Assembly (NCBI RefSeq): GCF_000023205.1 | Contig: NC_012803.1 | Location: 1,080,001-1,112,000, forward strand | Direction: 5' to 3' | Source: Micrococcus luteus NCTC 2665 | GTDB taxonomy: Bacteria; Actinomycetota; Actinomycetes; Actinomycetales; Micrococcaceae | Length of the DNA stretch: 32,000 nt | Part shown: piece after piece, positions 27,594-32,000 of the stretch | Layout: each line of letters starts with the position of its first letter | Numbering within the stretch: position 1 is the first letter of the stretch | Position numbers and translations under genes: made by a program | The notes under the pieces: generated by a model | Told to the model about the DNA's origin: nothing | The model's database searches: none | The model's input: only the letters and a program-made list of their open reading frames with translations

Positions 27594-28695
27594 GCTCCGC
27601 CGCGGTCGGTGCGGGGGACACGCCGGGGTACGCGGCGCACTCCGCCGCCGTGAGTGCGGGTTCCACCGCACGGCCCTCCCGCGCCGAGGCGACGGCGGCC
27701 TCGAGCACCGCCATCACGGCGACGGCCTGGTCGGGGGTGGCGGCGTCACCGTTCGGGCGGCCCAGGATCGCGTCGCGCACACCCGTGTAGGACCGCTGCT
27801 GGGCTCCGGTGGGCGCGGGGACGCGCTCGGTGTTCCCCTCCCCGTCGTGCAGGAGGATCGGGTCGGGGTCGACACCCCAGCCCTCGGAGCCGGGGAGCAG
27901 ACCCGCGTGCAGCTGCGCCTCCTGCTGATCCGGCAGTTCCTTCACCGCGGAGCCGCGCGTGCCGTGGACCGCGAAGCGCGGGCTGCCGCCGGCCACGAGC
28001 ATCGACGCCTGCAGGACCACGCGCCGGCCCGGGTACTGCAGCACGCAGTGCGCCCAGTCCTCGACCGGGGCGCCCGGACGCAGGGCCGCGAGGTCGGCGT
28101 CCACGCGTTCGGGGACACCGAAGAGCAGGAGCGCCTGGTCGACCAGGTGCGGTCCGAGGTCGAACCAGATGCCGCCCCCGGGCACCGCGGCTTCCCGCCA
28201 GCGGTCCCGGACGGTCGGGCGGAAGCGGTCGATCCGGGACTCGAGGTGGACGACGTCCCCGAGCCGGCCGGAGCGGACCAGCTCGGCGATGCCCAGGAAG
28301 TCGCTGTCGAAGCGGCGGTTCTGGAACACCCGCAGCACCCGCCCGGTCTCGACCGCGAGGTCGCGAAGCTCCCGCGCCTCGGCGAGACTCAGCGTGAAGG
28401 GCTTGTCCACCACCACGTGCCTACCCGCCCTCAGGGCCGTGCGCGCGAGCGGCGTGTGCTGGTCGTTCGGGGCGGCGATCACCACGAGGTCCACGTCGTG
28501 GCGCGCCAGGATCGCGTCCACGTCGGGCACCACGACGACGTCCGGCAGATCCGCGTGCACCGCGTCCGGGCGGCTCGAGGCGACATGGGTGAGCACGAGA
28601 CCCTCCGTGGCGCGGAGCAGGGGGACGTGGAACGTCTTCCCGGCGAACCCGTAGCCGATCAGCGCTGTGCGGATCGGTGCGTCGGTGGGGGACAT
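27565..28695 (-). CDS. Gfo/Idh/MocA family NAD(P)-dependent oxidoreductase
   Basis: Start ATG at 28695 with AGGAGG upstream. Rossmann N-terminus IRTALIGYGFAGKTFHVPLL and the EKP-like motif VVVDKPFTLSLAEA. Confidence 0.85.
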   Translation of the reverse strand: MSPTDAPIRTALIGYGFAGKTFHVPLLRATEGLVLTHVASSRPDAVHADLPDVVVVPDVDAILARHDVDLVVIAAPNDQHTPLARTALRAGRHVVVDKPFTLSLAEARELRDLAVETGRVLRVFQNRRFDSDFLGIAELVRSGRLGDVVHLESRIDRFRPTVRDRWREAAVPGGGIWFDLGPHLVDQALLLFGVPERVDADLAALRPGAPVEDWAHCVLQYPGRRVVLQASMLVAGGSPRFAVHGTRGSAVKELPDQQEAQLHAGLLPGSEGWGVDPDPILLHDGEGNTERVPAPTGAQQRSYTGVRDAILGRPNGDAATPDQAVAVMAVLEAAVASAREGRAVEPALTAAECAAYPGVSPAPTAAERHHRSAEPR

Positions 28696-28785
28696 GCAGG
28701 ACCTCCTGGGCAGGCGGCGGGCTGGGGGTGTCTCCTGCACGCTAGGCCGTGGGGCGGCGGCGGTCCATCGACGTCGCCGGCCGGT

Positions 28786-28814
28786 TTGCGCGGTTGTCGC
28801 AGGCCGGGTATTCT
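28786..28814 (+). promoter_or_regulatory. candidate promoter of tRNA-Ala copy 2
   Basis: TTGCGC (28786-28791), 17-nt spacer, TATTCT (28809-28814). Identified by eye only. Confidence 0.3.
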
Positions 28815-28862
28815 GTTCAGGTGCTCCGGCCGGTCCGCCGGAAACGGAGTCACCACCCACCT

Positions 28863-28935
28863 GGGGGTATGGCGCAGTTGGTAGCGCGTCTGCATGGCAT
28901 GCAGAAGGTCAGGGGTTCGAATCCCCTTACCTCCA
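28863..28935 (+). tRNA. tRNA-Ala (anticodon GGC), copy 2
   Basis: 73/73 identical to 18274-18346. The upstream leader differs except for ccggaaacgg and a gtSacSMcccac-like block. Confidence 0.9.
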
Positions 28936-28942
28936 CCCGTCA

Positions 28943-28972
28943 GAAGGCCCGGTCCGTGCGGACCGGGCCTTC
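28943..28972 (+). terminator. hairpin terminator after tRNA-Ala copy 2
   Basis: gaaggcccggtcc (28943-28955), loop gtgc, ggaccgggccttc (28960-28972). No T-tract follows; I recall this being frequent in actinobacteria. Confidence 0.6.
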
Positions 28973-29181
28973 GTCGTCGTGACGGCCAGCTCGCCGTCGA
29001 GACCCGCCGGTCACGGCCGGGTTGCGGTCCCGCGTCGATCACGCATCGACGTCGCACAGCCCTTTCACGGCAGGCTCTCGGCGGACAGACTCGAGGCGTC
29101 CCCACCCGTGGAGCCCGGAACGCCGGTGCTGCAGAGGCGGGGGCCGCCGGCTCTGTCCGGCCGACTCAGTGAGGAGTTGCC

Positions 29182-30261
29182 ATGTCCGTCATCCGTACCC
29201 GTCGTCCCTCCCTCCGTCACCTGCCCGCCGCCGTCGCCGCCGCCGGCCTCATCACCACCGTCGCCCTCGCCGGCCCCGCCGCGGCCTGGGACGACGCCCA
29301 TGGCCCCCAGGCCGGCTACTTCCAGGCCGTCGACCACGAGAACGTCACCGCCGCCTTCTTCCAGACCTACGACGGCTACGACCCGGAGGACCTCACGCTC
29401 ACGATCACGCCGGTGGCCGAGGACGGCACCCGCCTGGAGGGCGGTCAGGAGGTGGAGTTCACCGCCCTGGACGTCATCGACGGCGGCGCGGTGGACGTCC
29501 TCGAGACCCGCCGCGCGCTCGGCGCGGCCGGTGAAGGCCTCGTGCGGTACGACGTGGAGGTGGACGGGCAGATGCTGACCATGGGCATCACGCTCCAGGC
29601 GGACGCTGATCTCGCCGACGATCAGGGGGCGGCCGTGCACTCCGTCGACGGACCGCAGACGGGCCACCTCGGGGACCGGCCCCTGGCCTGGGACTCGGCC
29701 ATGCAGTTGGCACCTGGGGTGGAGGGCGCCGAGATCGTTCACCTGGTCGCCGCGCCGACGATGGAGAACACCTACGCGGCGGTCGTGGCCGAGCCGGCCC
29801 ACGGTGAGGTCTTCGCGTTCCGTGACTCGGAGCACTCCGAGCTCCGTGCCTGGTACATCCCCGACGAGGGCTTCGTCGGCACGGACACCTTCACCGTCGA
29901 CTTCCACAGCGACCATGTCGCCCATGTCCAGACCGTCACCGTGCATGTCGGCGAGGAGATCCCCGCCGCGTACGACGGCTTCCTCGATGCCGAGGACGGC
30001 GTCCTCAATGGGAAGCCGCTCGACCTGACCGACCCGCACACCGCTGCGGCGCTCGCCGCGTTCCGGGGCGACGAGGCCGCCCCGGCTCCGGAGGGCGCGG
30101 AGAAGCAGCCCGCTCCGGTCGAGGACGACGCCGACGAGCAGCACACGACCCCGGACACCGTCGAGACGGGGCAGTCCACCGGCTGGTGGCTGGCCGGCCT
30201 CGGCGCCGCCGCCGCGGGGGTGCTGGTCGCGGCCCGCCGTCGTCTGGGACTGACCGACTGA
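29182..30261 (+). CDS. secreted protein with signal peptide and C-terminal sortase-type anchor-like signal
   Basis: GAGGAG precedes the ATG. N-terminus RTRRPSLRHLPAAVAAAGLITTVALAGPAAA/W. C-terminus TVETGQSTGWWLAGLGAAAAGVLVAARRR (xxETG, a hydrophobic helix, then a basic tail). The central region matches no family I recognise. Confidence 0.7.
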   Translation: MSVIRTRRPSLRHLPAAVAAAGLITTVALAGPAAAWDDAHGPQAGYFQAVDHENVTAAFFQTYDGYDPEDLTLTITPVAEDGTRLEGGQEVEFTALDVIDGGAVDVLETRRALGAAGEGLVRYDVEVDGQMLTMGITLQADADLADDQGAAVHSVDGPQTGHLGDRPLAWDSAMQLAPGVEGAEIVHLVAAPTMENTYAAVVAEPAHGEVFAFRDSEHSELRAWYIPDEGFVGTDTFTVDFHSDHVAHVQTVTVHVGEEIPAAYDGFLDAEDGVLNGKPLDLTDPHTAAALAAFRGDEAAPAPEGAEKQPAPVEDDADEQHTTPDTVETGQSTGWWLAGLGAAAAGVLVAARRRLGLTD

Positions 30262-30285
30262 CAGCCCGCCGCACACAGATCCGTT

Positions 30286-30322
30286 GACGCGCCGCTCCTC
30301 TCACGCGGAGGGGCGGCGCGTC
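30286..30322. terminator. hairpin between convergent genes
   Basis: gacgcgccgc (30286-30295) pairs with gcggcgcgtc (30313-30322), with inner cctc/gagg pairing. Confidence 0.45.
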
Positions 30323-30355
30323 CGTGCCGGCATGACACGCGGCCGGCAACCCGCG

Positions 30356-31048
30356 TCAGTCGCCGAGGCCCGCCAGCAGCAGGTCCAGTCCCTCCTCGAA
30401 GGGTGCGTCCGCGTAGGGGTTCCGCGCCCCCGTCGCGCGCGTGCCCCCGCCCGCCCGGAAGGCCTCGGCGGCCGCGCCGAGCGCGGGCAGGCGCTCCTGC
30501 GCCCCCGCCACCTCGAAGATGTCGGCCGGAGCGTCGACGTCGTACGCGGAACCGTAGATGAAGGACTCGAGCGCGATCACCCGGGCCAGCACCTGCTCCG
30601 GCGCCAGGCCGGTCCGGGCCAGCACCGCGCACACCGTCTCGTAGACCCGCTGCGTCGACGGGGCTCCCTCGATCGGCAGGGTGGCGATGAGCGGGATCAG
30701 CGGCGGATGGGCCGCGAAGACGTCCCGGTAGGAGCGTGCCCACGCCCGCAGGGCGGCGACGACGGGCGCCTCGCCCCGGATCGCGGCCTCCAGCTCGACG
30801 AGCGAGACCTCGCCCATCACGGCGTCCTGCAGCAGGACGAGCAGCTCGTGCTTGCCCCGGATGTGGTTGTAGAGCGCGCTCGGCGCCACGCCCAGGCGAC
30901 GGCCGACCGCCGCCATGGTGAGCCCTTCGTATCCCTCGGCGCGGGCGACCGCGAGCGCCGCATCCGCGATCGCCTCGCGGCTCAGAGCGGGGGAGAGAGG
31001 TCGTCCGCGGCGGCGGCGCGTCCGGGGCGGTTCAGGGGTCTCGTCCAT
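30356..31048 (-). CDS. TetR/AcrR family transcriptional regulator
   Basis: Start ATG at 31048 (MDETPEPP...). HTH region EGYEGLTMAAVGRRLGVAPSALYNHIRGKHELL. Confidence 0.85.
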   Translation of the reverse strand: MDETPEPPRTRRRRGRPLSPALSREAIADAALAVARAEGYEGLTMAAVGRRLGVAPSALYNHIRGKHELLVLLQDAVMGEVSLVELEAAIRGEAPVVAALRAWARSYRDVFAAHPPLIPLIATLPIEGAPSTQRVYETVCAVLARTGLAPEQVLARVIALESFIYGSAYDVDAPADIFEVAGAQERLPALGAAAEAFRAGGGTRATGARNPYADAPFEEGLDLLLAGLGD

Positions 31049-31152
31049 CCGGCCATTCTGACCCGTCGGACGGGCAGGAGGTGTCAGGCCGGCCACGGAC
31101 CGGCCTTCCCTTCCCGGCGCGCGGCCCGTACAGTGAGCGCCGACACTCTAAA

Positions 31153-31165
31153 TGAACGGCATTCA
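31153..31165. promoter_or_regulatory. candidate TetR operator (imperfect palindrome TGAAcGgCaTTCA) in the divergent intergenic region
   Basis: 10 of 13 positions are self-complementary. It sits in an AT-richer patch (ctctaaatgaacggcattcac) 46 nt upstream of the oxidase ATG. Confidence 0.25.
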
Positions 31166-31210
31166 CCCGGGCCCCGCCCGATGCCCCCGTCCCCGCCAGA
31201 GGAGCACCCC

Positions 31211-32000
31211 ATGACCACCGCCCCCGCCACCGCCGGCCGCGAGCGCCGGACGAGCGACGTCGTCGTGATCGGCGCCGGCCCGGCCGGCCTCATGGCCGCC
31301 CGCACCGCGAAGGCCCAGGGCCTGTCCGTCACCGTCCTGGAGGCTCGCCGGCGCGTCGGCGGCCGCACCTGGAACGGCCTGGTCGAGGGCGCCGACGGCA
31401 AGGACCACTTCATCGAGATCGGCGGCCAGTGGATCTCCCCGGACCAGACCCGCCTCATCTCCCTGGTGGAGGAGCTCGGCCTGCCGACGTTCTCCCGCTT
31501 CCGCGACGGTCGCAACGTCTACGTGGACCCGCGCGGAGAACGCCACGTCTACGACGGCCTCGACTTCCCGGTAGCCGAGAAGACGGACCGGGAGATGGAC
31601 CGCCTGATCGCCAAGATCGACGAACTGACCGCAGAGATCGACGCCGCCGCCCCGTGGGAGCACCCGCGGGCCGCCGAGCTGGACACGATCTCCTTCCGCC
31701 ACTGGCTGGAACAGGAGTCGGACGACCCGGAGGCCATCGACAACGTCTCCATCTACATCGCCTCCGGCATGCTGACCAAGCCCTCCCACACCTTCTCCAT
31801 GCTCCAGGCGCTGCTCATGGCCGCCTCGGCGGGGTCGTTCCGCAACCTGGTGGACGAGGACTTCATCCTGGACAAGCGCGTCGAGGGCGGCATGCAGTCG
31901 GTGTCCCTGACCATGGCCGCCGAGCTGGGCGACGACGTCGTCCTCGGCCAACCGGTGCGCACCCTGCGCTGGGCCGAGCCGGACCCGTCCACCGCGGACG
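31211..32000 (+). CDS. puo: flavin monoamine oxidase family protein, putrescine-oxidase-like (partial; continues past the window)
   Basis: AGAGGAG upstream of the ATG. Translation is MTTAPATAGRERRTSDVVVIGAGPAGLMAARTAKAQGLSVTVLEARRRVGGRTWNG...IEIGGQWISPDQTRLISLVEELGL...GSFRNLVDEDFILDKRVEGGMQSVS. FAD dinucleotide motif GAGPAG. Close resemblance to recalled actinobacterial putrescine oxidases. The ORF is absent from the track because it is open-ended. Confidence 0.8.
   Translation, partial: MTTAPATAGRERRTSDVVVIGAGPAGLMAARTAKAQGLSVTVLEARRRVGGRTWNGLVEGADGKDHFIEIGGQWISPDQTRLISLVEELGLPTFSRFRDGRNVYVDPRGERHVYDGLDFPVAEKTDREMDRLIAKIDELTAEIDAAAPWEHPRAAELDTISFRHWLEQESDDPEAIDNVSIYIASGMLTKPSHTFSMLQALLMAASAGSFRNLVDEDFILDKRVEGGMQSVSLTMAAELGDDVVLGQPVRTLRWAEPDPSTAD

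Noticed and set aside
18274-28935. The two identical tRNA-Ala genes as an assembly or repeat artefact
   Set aside because: The flanking leaders differ substantially and each has its own promoter-like elements, so these are genuine paralogous loci.
1-32000. CRISPR arrays, rRNA genes, or prophage structural genes
   Set aside because: No regularly spaced direct repeats, no rRNA-like sequence and no phage structural or packaging motifs were seen on either strand.

Overview
High-GC actinobacterial chromosome; gene order resembles Micrococcales, and organism identity is inference only. From 1-18.3 kb there is a conserved housekeeping array on the + strand: a T-box leader, ileS, folC, a DUF4233 membrane protein, ndk, a VKOR-family gene (- strand), rne, rplU, rpmA, obg, proB, proA, a small membrane ORF, nadD, rsfS, a histidine phosphatase and tRNA-Ala(GGC). 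A ~9.1 kb island of visibly lower G+C sits exactly at the 3' end of that tRNA. The 6-bp core TCCACC recurs at 27472, where a terminator almost identical to that of the second tRNA-Ala resumes. The island carries a large-serine-recombinase remnant and a two-gene AAA+ ATPase / S8 subtilase cassette that I read as IetAS-like (a candidate anti-phage system). It also carries three IS elements: an ISL3 inserted in the subtilase gene with an 8-bp target duplication, and an IS3 whose orfB is split by a nested IS256. An HTH gene remnant lies at its right end. The cassette looks decayed: the IS cuts off the last 66 codons of the peptidase, and the ATPase probably has a 1-nt frameshift near its 3' end. 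Right of the island are a Gfo/Idh/MocA oxidoreductase (-), a second identical tRNA-Ala(GGC), a secreted protein with a sortase-like C-terminal anchor, a TetR regulator (-) and a divergent putrescine-oxidase-like flavin amine oxidase that runs off the window. Many long ORFs in the six-frame track are GC-driven shadow ORFs and were not called.
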